From contig NW_021835883.1 of NCBI RefSeq assembly GCF_006345805.1, positions 1 to 37,876 on the forward strand: a stretch of DNA of 37,876 nucleotides, given 5' to 3'. Below the pieces are notes generated by a model, which ran no database searches, was not told where the DNA came from, and saw nothing but the letters and a program-made list of their open reading frames with translations. Numbering within the stretch: position 1 is the first letter of the stretch; every line of letters begins with the position of its first letter. Positions 27,842 through 37,876 of this stretch are shown here, piece after piece. The DNA comes from Octopus sinensis. Lineage: Eukaryota. The position numbers and the translations under genes are program-made.

Positions 27842-28071
27842 GGCGGCGAGCTGGGAGAAGCGTTAGCACGCCGAGCGAAATGCTTTGCGGTATTTCGCCT
27901 GCCGTTACGTTGTGAGTTCAAATTCCGCCGAGGTCGACTTTGCCTTTCATCCTTTTGGGGTCGATAAATTAAGCACCAGTTACGCATTGGGGTCGATGTA
28001 ATCGACTTAATACCTATGTCTCTCCTTGTTTGTCCCCTCTATGTTTAGCCCCTTGTGGGTAATAAAGAAAT
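27842..28071 (+). mobile_element. Full-length tRNA-derived SINE family A with 16-bp TSD
   Basis: B-box GAGTTCAAATTCC. Central gtcgactttgcctttcatccttttggggtcgataaattaagcaccag resembles the MetaSINE core (from memory). TSD aggttgaagcca(t/c)taa at 27826-27841 and 28072-28087. Confidence 0.9.
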
Positions 28072-28308
28072 AGGTTGAAGCCACTAAATTCCTGTGTAAA
28101 TAAATGTTCCAAAATATATATTTCTTTCTTTTGTTTTGTTTGATTATTGTTTCGTTTGGTTTTTGTTTCGTTTCTTTTCTTTTTTACAATACTTTATGCT
28201 ATTTCGTTACATTCACATTTATGTTTATATTACAAAGTTTGTCATACCATCTGAAATCCATCTCCCTTATTCTTCAGATGCCAAATAATTTGTATGTCTT
28301 TATATATC

Positions 28309-28539
28309 TATTTCTTTACTACCCACAAGGGGCTAAACACAGAGAGGACAAACAAGGAGAGACAAACGGATTAAGTCGATTATATCGACTCCAGTGCGTA
28401 ACTGGTACTTATTTAATCGACCCCGGAAGGATGAAAGGCAAAGTCGACCTCGGCGGAATTTGAACTCAGAACGTAACGGCAGACAAAATACCGCTAAGCA
28501 TTTCGCCCAGCGTGCTAAGGTTTCTGCGAGCTCACCGCC
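28309..28539 (-). mobile_element. Full-length SINE family A with probable 16-bp TSD
   Basis: Reverse complement of 27842-28071. Flanks tatgtctttatatatc (28293-28308) and tatgtatttctatatc (28541-28556). Confidence 0.9.
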
Positions 28540-28569
28540 TTATGTATTTCTATATCGTTAAGCCTAGGT

Positions 28570-28710
28570 TTGTAGTAAGATGTTTCCCCCGACCACGTGA
28601 TTCCGGATTAAGTCCCACTCTGTATAACTGTCTTCTACTATAGTCTTAGGGCGACCAAAAGCTTTGAGAGTGGATTTGATAAGCCGAGGCTTATGGGCGC
28701 TTGTCGTGTA
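28570..28710 (+). mobile_element. Decayed SINE family B 5' half
   Basis: agtcccact..tgtcttctactatagtcttagggcgaccaaaagctttgagagtggatttg. Confidence 0.6.
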
Positions 28711-28730
28711 TATATACATATATATATATA

Positions 28731-28891
28731 GGGAGAGTTTACGAAAAAAAATAAAATAAAATACGAAAACAGGTGGTGTACAAAACAAACAGATGTATTA
28801 GTATAACGCTCAGGAATAGAAAAAGTATTTTACTTTTCGAGCCTACGCTCTTCTACAGAAAGGGACACAGAAAAAACAAGGAGAGAAAAAA
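28731..28891 (-). mobile_element. Short Penelope-like element copy 2, truncated by the palindrome; hammerhead-like motif at 28826-28863
   Basis: Homologous to 6918-7095. Minus strand reads UUU CUGUAGA A GAGC GUAG GCUC GAAA AG UA AAA. Confidence 0.6.
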
Positions 28892-29032
28892 GTATATATA
28901 TATATTAATAAAAGGAATTCCAACCTTGTCTGATTTTCACGTTTTATTTACAATCTTATAATGATATAATATAAGATAATATAATATAATAAAATGAAAT
29001 TAAATAATAGAATGTTAAATGTTCATTCTGAT

Positions 29033-29077
29033 TGAACTAGTACTTTCATGCATTAAATTATGCAATCTTCAGGTTCA
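29033..29077 (-). ncRNA. Type I minimal hammerhead ribozyme, left arm
   Basis: Minus strand: UGAAC CUGAAGA U UGCAU AAUUUA AUGCA U GAAA GUAC UA GUUCA. Intact CUGANGA/GAAA/UH core. Confidence 0.7.
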
Positions 29078-29154
29078 TGTAGTAGTGGCGACAGTCATGC
29101 TTCACAATTTTTGACTGTCAAAAATTGTGAAGCATGACTGTCACCACTACTACA

Positions 29155-29199
29155 TGAACCTGAAGATTGCAGAATTTAATGCATGAAAGTACTAGTTCA
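29155..29199 (+). ncRNA. Type I minimal hammerhead ribozyme, right arm
   Basis: UGAAC CUGAAGA U UGCA GAAUUUAA UGCA U GAAA GUAC UA GUUCA: stem I UGAAC/GUUCA, stem II UGCA/UGCA, palindromic stem III AGUACU. Predicted cleavage after A29194. Confidence 0.7.
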
Positions 29200-29364
29200 A
29201 TCAGAATGAACATGTAACATTCTATTACTTTATTTTATTTTATTTTATTATATTATATTATATTATATTATATTATATTATATTATATCATTATAAGATT
29301 GTAAATAAAACGTGAAAGTCAGACAAGGTTGGAATTCCTTTTATTAATATATATATATACTTTT

Positions 29365-30199
29365 TTCTTCAGAGATTTGGTTCAAAACGACAGACGAAAT
29401 TCCATGTAACATGATTGCCACATTGGAAAATCCTGATTTAAAGTACCTGCTTAGGAGCGCGAGCGTTAACTATTCAAGTACATATCATAAAAGAACAAAC
29501 TTATAACGGACAAAATAATTAAGTAAAAGATAATCCACAACTGTCAAAGCGTTTCTATAATATCTCCATTAATATTAATTCAAATGCGTTTTGGTCGAAA
29601 ACAATCGCTGGCCATTTAATAAAGTATCAGGGACTTACTATTCTATATATTTGCCTATGTATGTTCAATAAAAAAACATATTTCTTGTATATCAACTACT
29701 TATTTATTTATATGCCATACTTGTCCGATATTAATAATGACTCAAAGAAAAAATATATAAATTATATATAATGATAATATAGTATCATATTAATACAATG
29801 ATGAAATATAATAACATTTTCTATTTATTTAAAGTTATTTCTATACAGGTATTTTCAGGGTAATTAATAAATAATGGTCCTCTAAAACTAAGTAAGACTC
29901 TGATACTTTATTAAATGGACAGTGATTGCTTTCGACTTAAATGCATTATTGGAAATATACAGAAATATTATTGGAGGCATAGATATTATTATAAATATTA
30001 TTGGAGATATACAGAAACAATTTTTGACAGATTTAAGCATTTTCTTCGTTATAATTTTGTTCTTTTATGGTATTTGTTATGTATTTGAATGATTAACGTT
30101 CACGCACCTAAACATCGGTATTTTCAATCACTATTTTGCAACCTGGCAGTTCTTTTACATGGAATTTTGTTTGTCTTTTTGAACCAAAACCCTGAAGAG
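29365..30199. repeat. Old, diverged inverted repeat: arms ~29365-29640 and ~29890-30199, AT-rich spacer
   Basis: tcttcagagatttggttcaaaacgacagacgaaattccatgtaa vs ttacatggaattttgtttgtctttttgaaccaaaaccctgaaga; ccatttaataaagtatcagggacttact vs agtaagactctgatactttattaaatgg. Confidence 0.85.
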
Positions 30200-30266
30200 A
30201 CTTGTATACATGAATATGAATTGCTTATTAATCAAATAATCTATATAAGTTGAAACACATTTTTGG
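30184..30266 (+). ncRNA. Degenerate hammerhead-like motif with a long stem II
   Basis: CCAAAA cc CUGAAGA GACUUGUAUA..UAUAUAAGUU GAAA CACAU UUUUGG. CACAT could be CpG-decayed CGCGT. The stem I junction is imperfect. Confidence 0.4.
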
Positions 30267-30469
30267 CTTTTATTGGCTTTTTAATAATTTTTAATGTCAT
30301 CTTACCTATATTATATTTATATTATATTATATTATATTATAATATAAATAAATAGTATATATTATATTTATAGTATATTATATTATGATATAAATAAATT
30401 GTTAGTTTGTCCATTGAATTGCTCTATGCTATTTAATGTTTGTAATTTATATATATATATATATATATC

Positions 30470-30503
<34 letters not shown>

Positions 30504-30539
30504 ATATTATATATATATATATCTGTGAATGTGTGTATG

Positions 30540-30815
30540 TGTGCGTATGAGTGTGTATTTGTATGAGTGTGTGTGTGTGTGTATGTGCGTGTGTCTGTCT
30601 GTGCGTCTCTGTCCCCCACACACACACCACCACTTTCCAAACGGAGTTTGTGTGTTTACGTCCTTGTAACCTAGCGGATCGGTAAAAAAAGACCGATAGA
30701 CTAATTAGCGGGATTAAAAAGAAATTAAGTACTGTGGTTGATTCTTTCAATTAGAAATTTTTTCCGGGTGGAGTTCCAGCATGGCCGCAGTTTAATGACT
30801 GAAACAAGTAAAAGC
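30540..30815 (+). mobile_element. SINE family B 3' half
   Basis: gtgtgtttacgtccttgtaacctagcggatcggtaaaaaaagaccgataga..tccagcatggccgcagtttaatgactgaaacaagtaaaag. Confidence 0.75.
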
Positions 30816-31157
30816 TAAAAAAATATGGTTGTTATATTACACTTTAGATATTCACATGTAGGATTGCATATATTTATATATTTAACTACATGGACTAAGA
30901 TTAGCAAATGGAGACTGATTTAGTGTTATATCTGTCTTGTGTGGGATTTTTAGTCTCATCTAACGGCTTATTCAACAGACGCATCCTGATATAGACATAG
31001 CAATTCTTTTGAAAAATAATTTGTCAGTGTAAGGTGAGTATGAAAAGTTATAAACTTTGAACAAAACAATAAAATTCTCCTTCATTTTGCGGTCAAGAAG
31101 AGTCATTTTGACAGAAAATATGAGTTGTCTGCTATTTGTAACCGGCATTCATGTAAT

Positions 31158-31367
31158 GTTCTTTTAGTCTTTTATTTGTTTCAGGCATTTGACTGCGGCC
31201 ATATTGGATCAACGCTTTTAGTCAAGTAAACCGACCCCAGGACTTATCCTTTGTAAGCATAGTACTTATTCTATCGGTCTCTTTTGCTGAACCGCTAAGT
31301 TACGGGGCTGTAAACACACCAGCATCGGTTATCAAGCGATATTGGTGGGACAAACACAGACACACAA

Positions 31368-31430
<63 letters not shown>

Positions 31431-31625
31431 ATATATAATATATATATATATACATATATACGACAGGTTCATTTACGTTTCCGTCTAACAAATCCACTCA
31501 CAAGGCTTTGTTCGGCCCGAGGATATAGTTGAAGACACTTGCTAAATGTGCCACGCTGTGGGACTGAACCCGTAACTATACGGTTGGTAAGCAAGCTACT
31601 TACAACACAGCCACTCATACGCCTA
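31158..31625 (-). mobile_element. Full-length SINE family B
   Basis: Collinear with 7970-8450 and with the reverse complement of 33736-33960. Confidence 0.85.
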
Positions 31626-31671
31626 TATAAGCTATACATGCAGAAACAAAGCTTAATTATGAGTAAAATAT

Positions 31672-32240
31672 ACCAAAACATGAGTGACCCAACTTATCTC
31701 TGAAGACTCCATAACCTTGTTATAACTTATCAGCCGGTCGTACTTTATTTTTTTACCAGTATGTATATGAATAACAAGAGAAGCTATAGCATTATTTAAG
31801 GATCGCTCATTGACTGGCAAGATAACATGTGAATAGCCGGGGTAATATCACCACGGAATCACCAAACCATGAGAGACGCAACTTAGCTCTGAAGACTCCA
31901 TAACCTTGTTATAACTTATCAGCCAGTCGTACTTTATTTTTTTTACCAGTATGTATATGAATAACAAGAGAAGCTATTGCATTATTTAAGGATCTCTCAT
32001 TGACTGGCAAGATAACATGTGAATATCCGGGGTAATATCACCACGGAATGACCAAAACATGAGAGACGCAACTTAGCTCTGAAGACTCCATAACCTTGTT
32101 ATAACTTATCAGCCGGTCGTACTTTATTTTTTTTACCAGTATGTATATGAATAACAAGAGAAGCTATAGCATTATTTAAGGATCGCTCATTGACTGGTAA
32201 GATAACATGTGAATAGCCGGAGTGATATCACCACGGAATC
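31672..32240. repeat. Tandem repeat, three ~190-bp units (31672-31860, 31861-32050, 32051-32240)
   Basis: Three near-identical copies of accaaaacatgagagacgcaacttagctctgaagactcc...atatcaccacggaatc. Confidence 0.97.
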
Positions 32241-32562
32241 CAGCTGCACGAATCAGGCGTACTAATATATGTCAATTAGGAAATATCATCGTTTATATGA
32301 AAGCATTCAGCTAATATACGGAATATAAAGACCACATGACCTGAGAGCATGAATGAGGTCGAGTCGTATATCGTCATATTCAATTTCAATACCAATGTCA
32401 ATTGATAAAAGCGAAGATCGAGTGATTCTCAATATAGAGATGCAAAGTGCCAGCTGCTTATTAAGAAATATTTAAACTCTACAATATGTATTGAATGCTA
32501 TTTCCTCCTTTATGGAATAAGAATAGAGCCTGCGTACTTAAACTCACACACACATCTATATA

Positions 32563-32622
<60 letters not shown>

Positions 32623-32637
32623 TGTGTGTACGTATGA

Positions 32638-32679
<42 letters not shown>

Positions 32680-33600
32680 CTGTGTATGTATGCGTGCATA
32701 CAAATGTATATATGAGTATGTACGCACATTCCCTTTCAAGAACATATGCGTATATGCATGTCTGTATGGATTCTGAGATAGATTTTAAGAATACAACAAA
32801 CGTATTTAGCCTTGGAGCGACAGCTTAAATATTTGAGTTAAAACCCATTGTGTTAGAAGTATATATATATATATATATATATACAGATATATATATGTAT
32901 ATGTATGTATATGTATATGTATGTATGTATATGTATGTGTATATATGTATATATAAATACAATGGTATACATATAGATTTGCATATATATATATTCATAA
33001 CCGGAGTTGTAATCCTCTTTACAATATGCTACTTTATTCTTCATAAGAAACAAAAAAAAAAATAACCTCTAAGAATTTCAATATCTTCGAAAGACAACGC
33101 AAAATCTGACATTGCAACCTACTTCAACTCCGTTTTCCCTTTAAGTAGCTGTGACGTAATAATCTCTTTACGTCATCAGAACACTGTTTTATCACAACGT
33201 TTGTTTGATTTATTTAATTATCTATATTCTTTTCTGTTCTTTTTCTTTTCTCATCTGTGACATTGTGCAATTTGTGACCTAAGTTGTCACTCTACTTCTT
33301 CAACAATCTACCTGTAAGACGTAGTAACGTTCGGCTTTTTTTAAACAAGTCTTTCAGATATTCAGTGCTTCCCCATTTCTCAGCTTCTCAGTTTCACTCT
33401 CTTTCTCTCACTCCTTCTTCTTCTCTCTCTCTCTCTCTCTCTCTCTCCATGCTTCCCCTCTTTCTCTCTGTCTTTTTTTCCCATACCTCTAATCTGCTAA
33501 TGAACACCCCACTCTTCTTCACTCTTCTAGCATATGTGTACACATACATGCACAAATACAAATATGTATATATATATATTATATATATATATATATATAT

Positions 33601-33698
33601 ATCACCGTGATCACCGTGACCGACCGGGCCATCAGTTGTTGTTACACACCGCAGGTCACAATGCGCTTCGCATTGTTTTAGCCTTCAAATGACGCCGC
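33601..33698 (-). mobile_element. 3' fragment of SINE family C
   Basis: Reverse complement of ~14462-14558. Confidence 0.75.
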
Positions 33699-33735
33699 AT
33701 ATGTATGTATGTATATATATATACACTTATATGTA

Positions 33736-33960
33736 GGCGCAGGAGTGGCTGTCTGGTAAGTAGCTTGCTTACCAATCACATGTTTCCCGTTTCAGTCTCT
33801 CTGTGTGGCACATTGAGCAGGTGTCTTCTTCTATAGACTCGATCTGGCCACAGCCTTGTGAGTGGATATGGTAGACGGAAACTGAAAGAAGCCCGTTGTA
33901 TATATATATATATATGGTTGCGCGTGTCTGTTTGGCCACACAACATGGCTTGTCAATCGC
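33736..33960 (+). mobile_element. SINE family B 5' part
   Basis: ggcgcaggagTGGCTGTCTGGtaagtagcttgcttaccaatcac.. head, then gccttgtgagtggatatggtagacggaaactgaaagaagcccg. Confidence 0.8.
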
Positions 33961-34119
33961 ACACATATTCCTTCCTTACATTCTTATCTTTTCTTCCTAC
34001 CCCCTATTTCTCTTATCCTGATAGCTCTCCCTTCCCAACCCCATCGCAGGATCTTGACTACCATCTAGCACCCCTTTTTTCATTTTACTTCCTAGCTCTT
34101 TCTTTCGTCATCTTCTTAT

Positions 34120-34217
34120 TCGTCTTCTTCTTCTTCTTCTTCTTCTTCTTCTTCTTCTTCTTCTTTCTTCTTCTTCTCTTTCTTCTTCTTCTTCTTCTTC
34201 TTCTTCTCTTTTTTCTT

Positions 34218-34248
<31 letters not shown>

Positions 34249-34316
34249 TTATTATTATTATTATTATTATTATTTTTTTTTCTTCTTCGTCTTCTTCTTC
34301 ACTCTCTCTCTCAATC

Positions 34317-34347
<31 letters not shown>

Positions 34348-34420
34348 TCTCCTCCTCCTTTGTTCCATGTTCCCCTTCTTTCTCTCTTCATCTGTCCCTC
34401 TTTTCCTCTCTCTTTCCCTC
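34120..34420. repeat. (TTC)n/(TTA)n/(TC)n polypyrimidine tract; a second long CT-rich tract spans 35150-35765
   Basis: Directly visible. Confidence 0.9.
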
Positions 34421-34885
34421 ACGTGACTAGCCACTGATTGCTGGCCTCTTCGTGGCCAGTAGCCGTTGTGGCAAGACACATTTTTTTTTCTCTCTGTAGC
34501 CCTAAGGCTTTCTTCTAACGCCAACTCAAAAATTTACTCGTCCTGTCGAAAAGACGCCTGTCTGTGACGTCCTGTTTTTGTTGTTATTATTATTATCATT
34601 ATTGTTTTTACGTATTTTTGTATTTTTACTCGTGTAACATCGTCCGTTTTTCCGTCCTTGTTTTGTATACATTCGAGGCTTTCTTCCAAGGAATCTAATG
34701 CGCTTGGCTTAGATTTTCCTTTGGGGCTGGCCAGATCGGAGCAATCTCAAGATTAATCAGCCGAAATTGCGAAGATGATCCGGTTCTTCACTGAAGATTG
34801 AAGGCTTCGAATGTCCCGTCCGTGTTTTTTGTATCGTCTTCTAAATGTTTCACGTTCTTGTCCCAGTGTGTATTTTTTAACATTT

Positions 34886-34916
<31 letters not shown>

Positions 34917-36598
34917 CACAGACACACATACACACACAAACACACACACACACACATACACACACACATACATATATATACAAGCACGCACAAAATCTGG
35001 AGTACAATGCATACATAAAGAAAATGACTGCAGGAATACAAGAGGTAGAAGAGGACCACCAATAAGAACTTCACCGAATAAGTGAAAAAATATAGTATCA
35101 CGTGTAACTTCAGACGTAAAGGAACTTCCTGCGTGTTTTACTGTTTTGCCCCTTTCTGAACTTTGCTTTTCTCTCTCCTTCTCTCCATCTCTGTCCCCTC
35201 TCTCCCTATCTAACTATTGGCCAATCACCCTTTCTCCCTATCTCCCCCTCTCTTACCACTCTCGTTTTTTCTCTGTCTCTCCACTTTCTTTTCTAGTGTT
35301 CTGTATTTCCCTCTTAAATCTCGATTCTTCTCGCTTTCTTTTTCTAATCGAATTTTCTTACTCTATCTCCCCCGCTCTCTCCATCTCTCTCTCTGCCTTT
35401 CTCTCTCTCCATCCCCTCTCTCTCTCTCTCTCGCTCGCTCTGTCTGTCTCTTTCTCATATAGTTTTCTTTATTTCTTTCAAACTTAGTCTTTCTCTTACA
35501 CTATGTTTCCCTTTCTGTCTCTCTGTCTCTCTATCTATTTCTTATCTCTCTCCTCCCTCCTTCTCTCTCCTCTCTCCACCTCCTCCTTTCGTACCCCATT
35601 TTTCCTCATCTCTCTCCCACTTCTCCTCTACCTACCCTCTGCCTCCCACCCTATATCACTCTCTTTCTCACTCTGTCTCCCTCTCTCCATCTGCCTTTCT
35701 GTCTCTTTCCCTCTCTCTCTCTATCTCTCTCTTTCTCCCTCTCTCCCTATTCTCTCTCTCTCCTGTCAATGAACAATCAGTGATATATATTGCATTCACA
35801 CGCACCACAGAAATTGCAGTTTGCGATGATCACCAATCGAAATTCCTGCTCCAGAAGATAGATGACACGTAATACTATCATCCCTGACCCCAGAAATAGA
35901 AAAATCTATGGCGCATGATTTTGAACTCAGATCGTAAGAAAACGAAACACGAAAACTGTTCGACCGACTGTCTCAATAGGTTTCCTTTCACCCTTCACTT
36001 TTCCTCTCTACCTATTTTGTTAATCCACTGCTTTTACAGATTTGACTGTAAGCACACACAGTATGATGTATGATTTAATTAAACACTCATAATATATCGC
36101 AAACTGGTTAATTTGAAATCTGTAGAAACCGCTATAGTAATTGTATAAATCAACAGAGACCGCAGTTTATTAATTGAATAAAAACAATCTGAGTTATATG
36201 TTTTAGAATTAAACAACAATCTTTACAAACTTGTTGGATTATATTTAATGTCGACTTCGGATCGCATAATTATTAATTACTTGGTAACATAACAACAGGA
36301 AGACGTTGCCATAATTCGTAAAAACATGTATGTATAGGTGGTTAGGAATTTGTCTTATGTGTATGTGTAGGTGTGAGTGAGAGAAAGAAAGAGCGACAGA
36401 GAGAGAGAGGGAGAGAAACAGAGACAGACAGACAGACACAAAGAGGGAGAGAGAGCAAGACTCTGCGTGTGTCTGCGTATATACCTGTGTGTTTGAGTGA
36501 TTGAATCTGTCTGTGAGATATAAGTACACATCTATGCTTATAAATCTATCGTATGTATATTTGCACTTATATATCTATATACATATGTATAAGCATTC

Positions 36599-36649
<51 letters not shown>

Positions 36650-36668
36650 GCATACATGTGTAAATATA

Positions 36669-36710
<42 letters not shown>

Positions 36711-36901
36711 TATATATACATGTATGTGTGAGAGATACATATGTATGTGATAACATGTCAGAAAGAGAAAAGAGCTAGAAGAAGAGAGAAGTGGGTATAG
36801 AGAGAGAAAGAAGGGGACAAGAAGAAATTATATAACATCATGTCTATACATATCTATCTCTGTATATGAAGGTATGTATATATGTATATATATATATACA
36901 C

Positions 36902-36946
<45 letters not shown>

Positions 36947-37348
36947 CTATTTCATATATACGTATAGTAGATAGAATCATATATATATATACATATATAT
37001 ATATAAATACATATACATACATATATTTATATATGTATGTGTTTTATATATATTATATGTATGTATATATATATATATATATGTATGTATATATATTATC
37101 TATATATATATATATATATATATATACGTATACACCCGAAGCAATGTCTGGCGACGTTGTTAGTTTTTGAATTATGGCAACATATAAATAGAAGCCGCCA
37201 TGATGCGAAGCTATAAAAGGGTGAGTGTTTGATTAATTTGAAACTCTTGCAGCAACCAGATTGTTTGTAGGCCTAATGTCATCAGTAACAACGTTATATA
37301 TCAATGCTTTAACTAATAAAGAGATATTTTATACATTGTGCAAACGTA

Positions 37349-37495
37349 GGCGCATGGTTGGCTTTGTGGTAAGAAGCTTGCTTCCCAACCACATGTTCCC
37401 TGGTAAGTCGTACTCCGTGGCTCCTCGGGTAGGTGTCTTCTACTAAAGGCTTGTCAGACCAAATCCTTGTGAATGGATTTGGTAGACAGAAACTT
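37349..37495 (+). mobile_element. Decayed SINE family B 5' half
   Basis: tggtaagaagcttgcttcccaaccacatg..gtgtcttctact..ccttgtgaatggatttggtagacagaaact. Confidence 0.7.
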
Positions 37496-37497
37496 AA

Positions 37498-37712
37498 GGC
37501 GGTGAGCTGGCAGAAACGTTAGCACGCCGGGCGAAGTGCTTAGCGGTATTTCGTCTGCCGTTACGTTCTGAGTTCAAATTCCGCCGATGTCGACTTTGCC
37601 TTTCGTCATTTCGGGGTCGATAAATAAAGTACCAGTCATGCACTGGGGCTGATCTAAGCGAATGGCTACCTCCACAAAAATTTCGGGCCTTGTACCTAGA
37701 GTAGAAAAGAAG
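37498..37712 (+). mobile_element. SINE family A, alternative-tail subfamily, abutting or inserted into the family B copy
   Basis: Head and core nearly identical to 27842-27995; the tail differs (..aaaatttcgggccttgtacctagagtagaaaaga). Confidence 0.85.
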
Positions 37713-37876
37713 GAAGCTTCTGGAAAGTATTTAATTAAAACCGATCATCAAAATAGACAAATGTTTCTGAAGGACCTAAGCTCCCTCCTGTCATCAGATC
37801 GATATTACTTGTTAAACAGGATTCAGTGTCTTTCGGCAGGGGTCGAATTGATGGTATGGTCATCAAAATTCCTTTC

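Larger units (their letters stand above)
28884..29368. repeat. Near-perfect 485-bp palindrome with a 1-nt centre (T29116)
   Basis: ..cacaatttttgac T gtcaaaaattgtg..; the arms match out to agaaaaaagtatata / tatatacttttttct with a few substitutions and a length difference in a (TATTA)n tract. Confidence 0.97.

Noticed and set aside
27842-27935. tRNA genes in SINE heads
   Set aside because: A/B-box-like motifs are present, but there is no complete cloverleaf and each head is followed by a SINE body.
31672-32240. CRISPR array or tandem retrozyme (each unit contains CTGAAGA)
   Set aside because: No variable spacers, and no stem II-GAAA-UH follows the CTGAAGA.
34430-34875. Hammerhead-like fragments (ctgtcgaaaagacgcctgtct, ctcaaga..gccgaaattgc, ctgaagattgaaggcttcgaatgtc) in a probable interspersed repeat
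   Set aside because: None has a complete core with feasible stems. Possibly a decayed Penelope-like element, but not supportable from this copy.

Overview
Eukaryotic, very AT-rich, microsatellite-saturated genomic DNA. The (TA)n/(CA)n/(AAT)n/(GAT)n/(GATA)n load and the SINE types resemble a coleoid cephalopod such as Octopus; this is inference, not a database result. There is no complete gene, and almost all ORFs in the track are translated microsatellites. Recognisable content: 5'-truncated CR1 and RTE LINEs, a decayed Gypsy integrase, two mariner remnants, at least three tRNA-type SINE families (about 15 copies, two with target-site duplications), RTE-tailed short elements, a 3 x 190-bp tandem repeat and a few phase-compatible candidate exons on the minus strand. 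The most unusual feature is a set of minimal type I hammerhead-ribozyme motifs in short Penelope-like elements inserted in (TA)n tracts. The cluster at 28.7-30.3 kb includes a near-perfect 485-bp palindrome with a 1-nt centre that carries one hammerhead on each arm, on opposite strands.
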